Source: an uncultured Opitutaceae bacterium (GTDB taxonomy: Bacteria > Verrucomicrobiota > Verrucomicrobiia > Opitutales > Opitutaceae). Taken from it: a stretch of 64,000 nt of DNA. Shown here one piece after another: positions 47,970 through 56,434 of this stretch. Where the stretch lies: NCBI GenBank assembly GCA_964534685.1, contig CAZHPC010000001.1:23950-87949 (forward strand). Reading direction: 5' to 3'. Within the stretch, counting starts at the first letter, position 1; each line of letters starts with the position of its first letter. Made by a program: the position numbers and the translations under genes. Under the pieces are notes generated by a model. The model saw nothing but the letters and a program-made list of their open reading frames with translations. It did not search any database and was not told the DNA's origin.

Positions 47970-50107
47970 CGGCCCTCGAGGCGCTGATTCACCGCTGCCA
48001 GCGCATTCTGGGCCTCGGGATCGTCGGGGACCAGGCGCAGTTCCTGCCGGAATGCCAAGGCCGCTTCCGGAAGATTCCCCAGCCGGATCCATGTCATCCC
48101 GAGAATATGCCATCCCGGCGCAAAATCCGGGTTCAGCCGCAGCGCCTCCTTCAGCTCCGCGACCGCGTCATCTATCCGCCCGGGCACGAGCGTCCAGGCG
48201 AGGCCCAAATTGCTGTGCGCCTCGGCATAGTCCGGTTTCAGACGAAGCGCCTCCTTGAACTGGGCAACAGCTTCATCCAGTCGCCCGGCCATCGGTGCCA
48301 GCGCGAGCCCGAGGCCGTTGTGCGCCTCGGCAAAGTCCGGCTTCAGCCGAAGCGCCTCGTTGTACTCGCCTATCGCGTCATTCTGGCGGCCCGGCATCCT
48401 TCTCAAAGCATTGCCCAAGTTGTTGTGCGCCTCGGCGAAGTCGGACTTGAGACGGAGCGCGGCCTCGAACTCCTGCTCGGCCTCCTCCAGCCGGCTTGGA
48501 TCAAGCATGAGGGCGCACCCCAGGTAATTGTGGTCGATGGGATCCCGGGGATCTATCCGCAGGGAGGCCTGGTACTCCGCGATCGCGTCGGCCTCGCGGC
48601 CGGGAAGCCCGGAAAGGACGTAGGCAAGCTTGTCATGGGTCGATTTCATGTTCGGCCGCATGCGAAGCGCCGCCTCGAGGTGGCCGGCGGCCTCCGCGCG
48701 GCGAGCCGGGTCCTTGAGCAGCACCGTGGCGAGATTCTCCTCGCCGTCGGGGGCGTTCGGGCTGATCCGCAGCGCCTCTTCATATTGGGCGATGGCCTCA
48801 GGCATGCGGCCCGGCAATGCGGACAGCACGGTTCCGAGGTGATTGTGGGCCGCCGCCGATGCCGGATTCAGCGCCGCGGCGGTCCTATAAAAAACCTCCG
48901 GACTCCCGAAGCGGCCGCACTGCCTCCACGTGAGGATCCCAAGCACGACCACCAGCGAGGCTGCCGCCGCGGGAGCCAGCGGGCGGGCGCCCGCAGGCAG
49001 GCGCCCGACGCTCCCCGCCAGCAGCGCGGCCGCGGGGATGACGGCGCACGGAACCGACAGGTACTGCAGGTGATCGGCCACGTAGGAGAACACGAACCAC
49101 TCCACGTTGAAGAATCCGAGAACCGGAACCAATGTCCCGGCAAAGCAAAGGAACGCCGAGAAGGGTCCGCGCCAACGCCGCGCCAAGGACCAGAGTCCCG
49201 CCGCCAAGGCCAGCGCTGCGAGCGGGTAGAGGTACTGCCACCCCACCGCAGCATTCACATCCCATTTCGGATAGAAGAAGGTCAGGCCGGACGGCCAGAC
49301 AAGCTCGCCGAGGTAGAACCAGAACGCGCGGCCGGCGAGCAAGGCGCGCTCCACGGCCGTGAGCGCAAAAGTCGCGCCAATGCCGGCGAGGAGCCTGTGC
49401 TCCACCGAAAGCGTGATGAGACTCACGGCGGCGCCGATCACGAACCACGGAATGAGCGGCCAAACATCCCGGCGGAGGTCGAAGCGCGAACCCCGCCACC
49501 AGGCCACGACGAGCAGGACCGCGGGAAGCGTGAGGACGACCGTCTTGCTCAGCAGCGCCAGCACGAAGAGCCCGAGGGCAAGCCAATATCGCGAACGGCG
49601 GCGCTGCCGGTCAAAATCCAGATAGGCAACCGCGGCGCCGAGGGCCAGCACGGTCGACAGCGTGTTCTTCTGCTCCGCGATCCAGGCGACGGACTCGACG
49701 CAAACGGGGTGAAGGGCGAAGACGAACGCAGCCAGCCACGCTCCGGGCAGCCGCAGGCGCCGCACGAGCGCCACCACCAGGACGCCGGCACCCGCCTGCA
49801 GCAGGACGTTGACGAGGTGGTAACCCCAAACGGCATCACCCCAAAGGTGGTACTCGACCCAGAATGCCGTGTGCAGCACCGGATAGTACTGCTGGGTCGC
49901 GCCGACATCGAACCAGATGCGAAGCAGGCCGCCAAGCGACTGCATCTCCGGCCTCGTGATGTGAAGATCGTCGTCGAGGAGCAGTCCGCCGTTGAGCGCC
50001 GGGAAGTAGGCGACCAGGACCGCAGCAAAAAGCAGGCTGCTCAGCAAAAGGTCCCGCCGGCCGCCCAGCGGGATCGGTGCGTCAGCAGAGCGGGCTCCGG
50101 GCTCCAT
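47966..50107 (-). CDS. TMTC-like membrane protein: N-terminal polytopic GT-C-type domain (DUF1736-like) plus C-terminal TPR repeats (paralog 1)
   Basis: About 400 aa of TM helices, with the acidic first-loop motif GGLLLDDDLHI after TM1 and HPVCVESVAWIAEQKN. At least 8 TPR units follow (AEAHNNLGNAL...LRLKPDFAEAH...). Confidence 0.85.
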   Translation of the reverse strand: MEPGARSADAPIPLGGRRDLLLSSLLFAAVLVAYFPALNGGLLLDDDLHITRPEMQSLGGLLRIWFDVGATQQYYPVLHTAFWVEYHLWGDAVWGYHLVNVLLQAGAGVLVVALVRRLRLPGAWLAAFVFALHPVCVESVAWIAEQKNTLSTVLALGAAVAYLDFDRQRRRSRYWLALGLFVLALLSKTVVLTLPAVLLVVAWWRGSRFDLRRDVWPLIPWFVIGAAVSLITLSVEHRLLAGIGATFALTAVERALLAGRAFWFYLGELVWPSGLTFFYPKWDVNAAVGWQYLYPLAALALAAGLWSLARRWRGPFSAFLCFAGTLVPVLGFFNVEWFVFSYVADHLQYLSVPCAVIPAAALLAGSVGRLPAGARPLAPAAAASLVVVLGILTWRQCGRFGSPEVFYRTAAALNPASAAAHNHLGTVLSALPGRMPEAIAQYEEALRISPNAPDGEENLATVLLKDPARRAEAAGHLEAALRMRPNMKSTHDKLAYVLSGLPGREADAIAEYQASLRIDPRDPIDHNYLGCALMLDPSRLEEAEQEFEAALRLKSDFAEAHNNLGNALRRMPGRQNDAIGEYNEALRLKPDFAEAHNGLGLALAPMAGRLDEAVAQFKEALRLKPDYAEAHSNLGLAWTLVPGRIDDAVAELKEALRLNPDFAPGWHILGMTWIRLGNLPEAALAFRQELRLVPDDPEAQNALAAVNQRLEGR

Positions 50108-50161
50108 GGGAGAAATTGGCAGCAGGCAGGCCGGCGTTGCAAATCCTTACGGCAGCGGAGC

Positions 50162-52315
50162 TCACGGATTGCCGGGAAGGCTCCCGAGCCGGTCGAGCAT
50201 CCTGCGCGCGGCGCCGAAGTCCGGCCTGAGCCGAAGGGCCTCCGCAAATTCATCGCGCGCCGCGGCCAGGTTCCGCGCGTGGATCAGGGCGTTGCCGAAA
50301 TTGTAGTGGGCCTCCGCAGAGTCTGGCTTGAGCCGCAGCGCGTTCTTGTACTCGGCCACGGCCTCGCCGGTTCGGCCGAGCTGGTCGAGCACCGTCGCCA
50401 GGTTCTCATGGGCCTGCGCAGAGTCGGGCATGAGCTTCTCCGCCGACTGGAGCGCCGAAAGCGCGTCCCTAGCGCGTCCCGACCGCGCCTGGGAGACGCC
50501 GAGGTTGAGTTGGGCCTCTCCATAATCCGGCTTGAGCCGCACCGCCGCCGAATAATGAGAAACGGCCTCCTCAAGGCGTCCCTCGCGCTCGAGGCAGACA
50601 CCGAGGTCGAACTCGACCTCGGGCTGGTCCGGCTTCAAGCTGAGGGAGCGCGCGAACTCGTCGGTCGCCTCAGGCCGCCGGCCCTGCAGGACAAGCGCCG
50701 CGCCAAGGCTGCCGTGCGCCTCCGCCAGGTCGGGCGCGGCCGCAAGGGCCATGCGAAGAAAACGCTCCGCCTCCACCCCGCGGCCGAGGCGGTCAAGCAG
50801 CCGTCCGGCCCTGAAATCCGCGAAGTGCATCTTTGGATTGAGGTCCACGGCGGCGATGAATTCCACAAGAGCGGCGTCCCAGCGACCCTCGGCCTCGTAG
50901 GCCAGCCCGAGGTTGTAGCGGGCGGCCGGCTTGTTGGGGTCAAGGGTGATCGCCTTCTGGCAACAGGTGATGCCTTCGGCCGTGCGGCCCCTGTCGAGGA
51001 GGGCTTTCCCGAGGTTCGCCTCTGCCAGAGCGCTCAGCGGCCGCTTGGCAACGGTGTCCCTCCAGAGCGTAAGCTCGTCGACGTAGACCCTGTTGCGCAG
51101 TGCGGTCGCCGTTCCCAGGCAGGCGACGGCTCCGGCCAGGAGGAATGCCAGCACGGGCGTCCGCGCCCCCGCCGGCAGGCCCCATCCCGAAGCGGCGGCC
51201 CGGACTCCGAGCACGGCGGCCGTGACGACGGCTGCCAGGGGAAGGTAGAAGCGGTGCTCCGCGACAAACTGCAGGACGCCGGGCATCACACTTGTCGGCG
51301 CAAGGACGAGGAAGCACACGCCCGAAAGAAAGGCCCAGGGCCGGCCCCTGACGCACCCCGCCACCGTGGCCGCGAATGCAGCCAGCACGAGCCCGCAAAG
51401 CGCATACGCCACGGCTGGCGGAGCCGAAGCCGGGCCATAATCCAGAACGAGCGGGTTCGGCCACAGGGCCAGGCCCAGGTACCTGACCATGGCCTCGCCC
51501 TGCGTGAGCCAGTAGCCCACCCACGACACCCCCACGTGAAAACCGGACGTCCCGCCGCGGTCCCAGCCCGTGCTGGCCACAAGCCAGGCCAGCATGATCC
51601 AGCTCGCAGCAAGGCCCGCGTAGTAGCCCCGCCGCTCCCGCCACGCACCCGACCAGCTCTTGGCGGCAAAGGTCCGGTCATAGAGGAGCACCACCACGGG
51701 CGCCGTAACCATGACCTCCTTCGTCGCCATTCCCAGCCAGCAGGAAAGAACGCTGAGCGCCATCCAGAGCACGCTCTGGTCGACCCGCGCCGCGTCCGTA
51801 GAACGCACGAAGCAGTACAGGGTCAGCAGGTAAAAAAGCGCCATGAGGGACTCGGCGCGCTGCACGACATACGTGACCGACTCCGTTGTGACGGGATGCA
51901 CCGCCCAGATCAGTGCGACGGCGAACGCCGTCCCGTAGGAAGCCCGCGCACCCGCCTTCGCCACGGTGCGCCTGACGATGCCGTACAGAGCCAGCGCCGC
52001 CCCGATGTGAATCAGGAGGTTGAGCGCGTGGTAGCTCCAGAGTCCGCAGCCGCTGATGGCATAGTTCAGCGCGAGGCTGAGGTTGAGAATCGGCCTGCCG
52101 CTCACGGTCAGCGCCCCGTGCGGCGGGCTCAGCGGAACGCTGAGCGGCCACAGCTGGCGCAGGGTCGGGTTTTCCAGTATCGACGGAATGTCGTCGAACT
52201 GGAACGCCCCGAGGAAGCTGTTGGCGTAGGCTCCGGCGGCCGCCGCCGCGACAAGCACCAAGCCGATCCAGGAACGCGCCCTTCTGAGCGGCGCGGCATC
52301 GACGCCCGTGTTCAC
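50162..52315 (-). CDS. TMTC-like membrane protein: GT-C-type polytopic domain plus TPR repeats (paralog 2)
   Basis: Same architecture as its neighbour: FQFDDIPSILENP after TM1, HPVTTESVTYVVQRAE and C-terminal TPRs. GTG start at 52315. A 54-nt gap separates it from paralog 1. Confidence 0.85.
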   Translation of the reverse strand: MNTGVDAAPLRRARSWIGLVLVAAAAAGAYANSFLGAFQFDDIPSILENPTLRQLWPLSVPLSPPHGALTVSGRPILNLSLALNYAISGCGLWSYHALNLLIHIGAALALYGIVRRTVAKAGARASYGTAFAVALIWAVHPVTTESVTYVVQRAESLMALFYLLTLYCFVRSTDAARVDQSVLWMALSVLSCWLGMATKEVMVTAPVVVLLYDRTFAAKSWSGAWRERRGYYAGLAASWIMLAWLVASTGWDRGGTSGFHVGVSWVGYWLTQGEAMVRYLGLALWPNPLVLDYGPASAPPAVAYALCGLVLAAFAATVAGCVRGRPWAFLSGVCFLVLAPTSVMPGVLQFVAEHRFYLPLAAVVTAAVLGVRAAASGWGLPAGARTPVLAFLLAGAVACLGTATALRNRVYVDELTLWRDTVAKRPLSALAEANLGKALLDRGRTAEGITCCQKAITLDPNKPAARYNLGLAYEAEGRWDAALVEFIAAVDLNPKMHFADFRAGRLLDRLGRGVEAERFLRMALAAAPDLAEAHGSLGAALVLQGRRPEATDEFARSLSLKPDQPEVEFDLGVCLEREGRLEEAVSHYSAAVRLKPDYGEAQLNLGVSQARSGRARDALSALQSAEKLMPDSAQAHENLATVLDQLGRTGEAVAEYKNALRLKPDSAEAHYNFGNALIHARNLAAARDEFAEALRLRPDFGAARRMLDRLGSLPGNP

Positions 52316-52348
52316 TCCGTCGAGGTCGGCCCGCTGGGCGCGCAGGTC

Positions 52349-52387
52349 AAATGAAAACGAAGCGGGGCCGCCTCACGGCGGCCCCGC
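52349..52387 (-). terminator. intrinsic terminator downstream of the TonB-dependent receptor gene
   Basis: On the minus strand: gcggggccgcc gtga ggcggccccgc (11-bp perfect GC stem, 4-nt loop) followed by TTCGTTTTCATTT. It begins 43 nt after the receptor stop. Confidence 0.7.
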
Positions 52388-52430
52388 CCCAGATGATAGG
52401 CCATCGCTGCGATGACCGTCATGCCCAGGC

Positions 52431-55400
52431 TCAATACATGAACTTCGCGCTGAGCGAATATTGCCGCGACGGGATGATGCGTTGCGCCGCCTGCGAGCCG
52501 TCCATGTTGTAGGAGACCGGCAGCAGGTACCCGCTGGAGGTAAGGTCCGCCACGTTGAACTGGACCTTGCACTGGATTCTGTCGGCCCAGGGCATCTTGA
52601 ACCCGTACGACACCCACGCGTCGATGTGGAACTTACCGGGCGTGTAGATCGGCAGGTTGACATCCGGGCCCAGAATCTGGCCTGCCGGATTCGTATTGTT
52701 GACGTTGCCGTAATATCCGGCGCTCGCCTGGCCGTCGTAGTTCACCGCCCCGCCGATGCCGAGGTGCTTCAGGCGGCCGGTCAGGAACGTGTAATTTGTC
52801 AGGTAGGCCCAGTTGTACTGACGCTGGTTGGGGGCCAGCGTGCCGTTGACGGCCTCGTCCTGGGCGAGCTGGGCCCCTATGACGATGTTGTAGTAACTCT
52901 GGGTGTTGATCCAGCCGTTGATGTTGCCCGGGCCGGTGACGCTGCCGTCATACCCGTAGGCCTGCCAGAAATTGGCGAGGTACAATGGGTTCCCGTTGGC
53001 CAGCTTGTACGTCCCGCTGAGGTCCGGCGCCGTGTAGGCCGTCCAGGCCGGCATGCGGTGGTCTATCCACGCCTGGGCCTGCGCCCCGGCGCCGCTCACC
53101 GTCGTCTGCTGCTTCGCCCAAGTGAGCTTCATGGTCCAGTTGGGAAGCGGATTGTAGGTCGCCTCAAGCTCCACGCCCTTTGCGACTCCGCTCTCGGTCC
53201 CGTTCACGTTAACGTACTCTCCCTTTTCGCCAATGTTGCCGCCGTAGTTGTAGGGAAGGCCGGTGAGCTGCGAGATCTGGTTCTGCATCGCCACCGTTAT
53301 CGGGTAGACGTTCGTGTTGTTGAAGTTGGGGTCCGAGGGGTTCTGGCCGTCCCGAATCTCCACAACCTCCGTCGCCCAATGCTGCAGGATGGCGTTGTCG
53401 ATGTAGTTGGCGCGTCCCGTGGAGGTCAGCGTGACGAACGCATTCTGGTTGGTCGTGTTGAACCACGTGGCCCGCAGGAAGAGCTTGTTGTCCGGCGTCG
53501 CGATCTCCAGTCCGTAGTCCTTCTCCTTGCCCTGCGGCTTTCCTAGCGGGTTGCCGAAGTAGTCCGTGTAGAAGGCGGCCGGCGGGCTGAAGTTGTTAGA
53601 CTTGTTGAACGTGAAGCTGAGCGTGCGGGCCACGGCGGCGATGGGATTCCCCGCGTTCGCCGCGTTGTCGAGCTGGGACCAGCCCTTGAAGGGGTGCACG
53701 ACCACGCCCATCGTGCTCGTGTTGCCGCCGATGTACGTCCAGGGGCCCTCGTTGTACCAGAGCGAATTGACCGGGAACCCCTGGGAGTTGAACTCCTTGG
53801 CGGTGGGCAGCGTCGCCGGGAATATCGTGTTCCGGTTCTTCACCTGGTCGTCGTCTATTCCAAGAGAGCCAATGATCCGGTCGTCCCAGAAGAAGCTCTG
53901 CCAGAAGAATGTCTTCGAGTCCTGGAGGTTCTCGCTCAGGCCGCCGGTCGCGAACAGCAGGGAATCCATATGGACGGAGGATGCGTTCCACTGGCCCGTA
54001 GCGTAGTTGTAGGTGCTGATCGTCGACAGCGTCGGGCCGCCGTAATCCGGACGGTTGAAGAAGCCCGGAGACGCCGTGGCCACGCCGGGAGCCGCCGCCG
54101 TGGGCCCGCCGAGGTAGAACCACTGCTCGATCGTCGAGTTGCTTGCCGGCAGGGAATAGCCCGCCGCGTTTGCCAGGGTGGCCGCCGTGGGCAGGTAGTT
54201 CGGATCGCCGCCGTCAATGGCTGGCCGGAACCGCAAGGCCGTCTGGACGTCATCATGCTGCTGGAAGATGCCCAGGAAACGATGGTGCCCGAGCCATTCG
54301 AGCCAGTGGGGCACATGGTCCCTTAGGTCCGGCTCGTAGTCTAGCATCGCCCGGTAGTTGTTGTTGATCTCGGGCGAGCTGTACACGTCCGCCTGGTACA
54401 CGTCCACGAAGGGCTGGCCAAGGTGCGGGTTCGGCTGACCGTTCGGCAGGTATTGGTTGGTGTCGACGTTGATCGCCGTCGCGCTCGCCTGGTTCTCCGG
54501 GGAGTCCTGGACCTGGGTTAACTGCTGGCGGAACCAGGACGCCTGGAAGTTCAGGTTCGACAGGATCTCCTGCTGAAAGTTGAGATTGTAGGTCGTCCCG
54601 TGGGTCATCGTGTTGTCGAGCGAATCGGCGTTGATGTCCTGCCAGTTGAATAGGGACTTGTTCGTTATCCCCGGCTGCTGCCAGGAGATGTACTTGAAGG
54701 GGACGGGCAAGTTCGTCGATTCGGTCATGCGCTCCTCGTTCACCAGGGCCTGCGACGGCGTGAACTTGGTGGGCACGTATCCCGGGATGCTGAAGGCCGT
54801 CTGGCTGGCCTTGAAGAAGTTCTCCAGGTTGCCCTGGTCCACGAACATGACGATGTGGCCGGAGTTGACGATGGTCATTCCCGGCACGAAATACGGGGAC
54901 GTCGAGGTCGTGAGCGCGGTCTGAAGTATCCCTGCATAGTTGGGGTACGTGGAGGAGATCGTGTACGGTCCGACGTTCTTGCCGGTGGCAAGGTAGGACA
55001 CCACGTCGTTGATCGGATTCCATATCGGTTCGCCGCTCTTGATCCAGGGCGTCACGTAGTCGGTCGGGGTGACTCCGTTCGGATCGTCGGCGTAGTTGTT
55101 ATAGTCCTCAATGCTCCCCGAGATCTTCGTCTTGTGGTTCCTGAAGGGATACAGCGTGAAGGCCGCGTACTCCCTGCGCGTGTAGTCGAAGGAAGGCTTC
55201 TGCTGGAAACCCTCCGAGTCATAGACCTGCCCGAAATAGACCGCCAGGCGGTCCTTGATGAGCGGAACGTTGAGGCCGAATGTCTCCCGCTGGCCTCCCC
55301 AGCTGCTCACCTGAAACTCCGCCTCCCCGGTCAGCTTGTCGGGGGTGGCCTGGATCCGGTCCTGGTTCACAATGCCCGCCGGGCTGCCCGCTCCGTAGAT

Positions 55401-56021
55401 GATGGAGTTCGGGCCGCGCTCGATCTCGATGGCCTGCGTGTTGTAGCTGTCGAACGGGATGCGGTACAGGCCGAAGAAGTTGTCCACCTCCAGGTCGGCG
55501 GTCGACAGGCCGCGGACGCGGTTGCCCGTGTCGAGCGCGCTCTGGTAGTTGCCCGTCGTGCCGCCCGTTCCGCCGAGGTTGTCCGAGAAGTTTGTGCGCA
55601 CGAGCACCGTCGGCGTGTAGGTGCGCGCCCCCTCCGTGTTGGCCTCGTACCGGAAGATGTCGTTGATGTTGACCGAGTTCGTGTCCTCGAGCTGCTGCCG
55701 GGTCACCACGGTGATCGACGATCCAAGGTCGGCGATGTTGTTGTTGAGGCGCGTGCCGGCCAGCGTGTTCTGGGTGAAGTAGCCTTGGTCCTTTGTGGAG
55801 TTCACCTCGAACGGAGACAGCACGAGGGGCGTCTGCCCATTGCCGGTGCTCGCGGTTTGATCGGTCTGCTGCACGGCGTTGGGCGCCGGAGCAGTGGTTG
55901 CGGACGGGGCCGGACTCGGGGCCTGAGCCTGCTGGGCTTGCACCCGGCAGATCGGAACGACGAGGACTAGGGACAGCAGCAGCGTGGTGGGCCGCCGCAG
56001 CAGGTCATGGGATGCATTCAT
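52431..56021 (-). CDS. TonB-dependent receptor (large outer-membrane beta-barrel with plug)
   Basis: Signal peptide, plug region LVLSPFEVNSTKDQGY...ITVVTRQQLEDTNSVNINDIFRYEANTEG, an approximately 1100-aa Gly/Asn/Tyr-rich barrel and a C-terminal aromatic end ...SAKFMY. Confidence 0.9.
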   Translation of the reverse strand: MNASHDLLRRPTTLLLSLVLVVPICRVQAQQAQAPSPAPSATTAPAPNAVQQTDQTASTGNGQTPLVLSPFEVNSTKDQGYFTQNTLAGTRLNNNIADLGSSITVVTRQQLEDTNSVNINDIFRYEANTEGARTYTPTVLVRTNFSDNLGGTGGTTGNYQSALDTGNRVRGLSTADLEVDNFFGLYRIPFDSYNTQAIEIERGPNSIIYGAGSPAGIVNQDRIQATPDKLTGEAEFQVSSWGGQRETFGLNVPLIKDRLAVYFGQVYDSEGFQQKPSFDYTRREYAAFTLYPFRNHKTKISGSIEDYNNYADDPNGVTPTDYVTPWIKSGEPIWNPINDVVSYLATGKNVGPYTISSTYPNYAGILQTALTTSTSPYFVPGMTIVNSGHIVMFVDQGNLENFFKASQTAFSIPGYVPTKFTPSQALVNEERMTESTNLPVPFKYISWQQPGITNKSLFNWQDINADSLDNTMTHGTTYNLNFQQEILSNLNFQASWFRQQLTQVQDSPENQASATAINVDTNQYLPNGQPNPHLGQPFVDVYQADVYSSPEINNNYRAMLDYEPDLRDHVPHWLEWLGHHRFLGIFQQHDDVQTALRFRPAIDGGDPNYLPTAATLANAAGYSLPASNSTIEQWFYLGGPTAAAPGVATASPGFFNRPDYGGPTLSTISTYNYATGQWNASSVHMDSLLFATGGLSENLQDSKTFFWQSFFWDDRIIGSLGIDDDQVKNRNTIFPATLPTAKEFNSQGFPVNSLWYNEGPWTYIGGNTSTMGVVVHPFKGWSQLDNAANAGNPIAAVARTLSFTFNKSNNFSPPAAFYTDYFGNPLGKPQGKEKDYGLEIATPDNKLFLRATWFNTTNQNAFVTLTSTGRANYIDNAILQHWATEVVEIRDGQNPSDPNFNNTNVYPITVAMQNQISQLTGLPYNYGGNIGEKGEYVNVNGTESGVAKGVELEATYNPLPNWTMKLTWAKQQTTVSGAGAQAQAWIDHRMPAWTAYTAPDLSGTYKLANGNPLYLANFWQAYGYDGSVTGPGNINGWINTQSYYNIVIGAQLAQDEAVNGTLAPNQRQYNWAYLTNYTFLTGRLKHLGIGGAVNYDGQASAGYYGNVNNTNPAGQILGPDVNLPIYTPGKFHIDAWVSYGFKMPWADRIQCKVQFNVADLTSSGYLLPVSYNMDGSQAAQRIIPSRQYSLSAKFMY

Positions 56022-56228
56022 TTTGGGTTAGGGTAAGACTTCGACTCATCAGGGTGGATGAGGGGAAAGGCTTTGTGGGCCGGACGGCCAACACACACAG
56101 TTCGGAGGAGTGGAGACGCCAAACTTGCAGGTCGCTTAGGGATAGGGCACGGTAGACCTTGGGGTGGGCTACCGTTTGATTGATGGGCAGCGAAGTGTCT
56201 CCACCGTGATCGTTCAAATTCAATTGAT

Positions 56229-56241
56229 TCTGACAGTCAGA
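56229..56241. promoter_or_regulatory. candidate operator, copy S1: perfect 13-bp palindrome TCTGACAGTCAGA in the divergent receptor/LacI intergenic region
   Basis: Read directly. The minus-strand reading cctctgactgtcaga shares 12 consecutive nt (CCTCTGACTGTC) with the copy at 57482-57493. Confidence 0.5.
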
Positions 56242-56246
56242 GGTGT

Positions 56247-56301
56247 ATTCGATTCCCCCGCGGGTCGAATCCTCAGAGGGTGAAACGCCACCCTCGATTC
56301 G
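56247..56301. promoter_or_regulatory. nested, mutually exclusive inverted repeats built on three TCGA(T/A)TC heptamers
   Basis: Hairpin A is attcga..ccc/ggg..tcgaat (56247-56270). Hairpin B is cgaatc-ctca-gagggtg aaacgc caccctc-gattcg (56266-56301). They share 56266-56270. The heptamers lie at 56249, 56265 (inverted) and 56294. Confidence 0.3.
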
Positions 56302-56434
56302 CAAGCCCCGACACCCCACCCCCCAGCATCCGAAGAATGTTCACCCTCTTTCACCCGGTTTCGGGGCTGTTGAGCCCGCCCCGCCCTTTCGCGCTGTTTT
56401 CGGAACACGTTGAACCCTCCGCGTAGGTCGGATC

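Noticed and set aside
48107-52354. 1415-aa plus-strand ORF spanning both TPR genes and their intergenic gap
   Set aside because: It is antisense to two genes with clear TM-plus-TPR architecture. Its product is Arg/Gly/Pro/Glu-rich low-complexity sequence with no motifs. This is a typical shadow ORF of GC-rich DNA.
56255-56275. tRNA T-arm-like string GGGTCGAATCC suggesting a tRNA gene or tRNA-derived att remnant
   Set aside because: The flanks do not pair into a T-stem (cgcgg versus cctca). No acceptor, D or anticodon arms can be built. No integrase or mobile genes are nearby.
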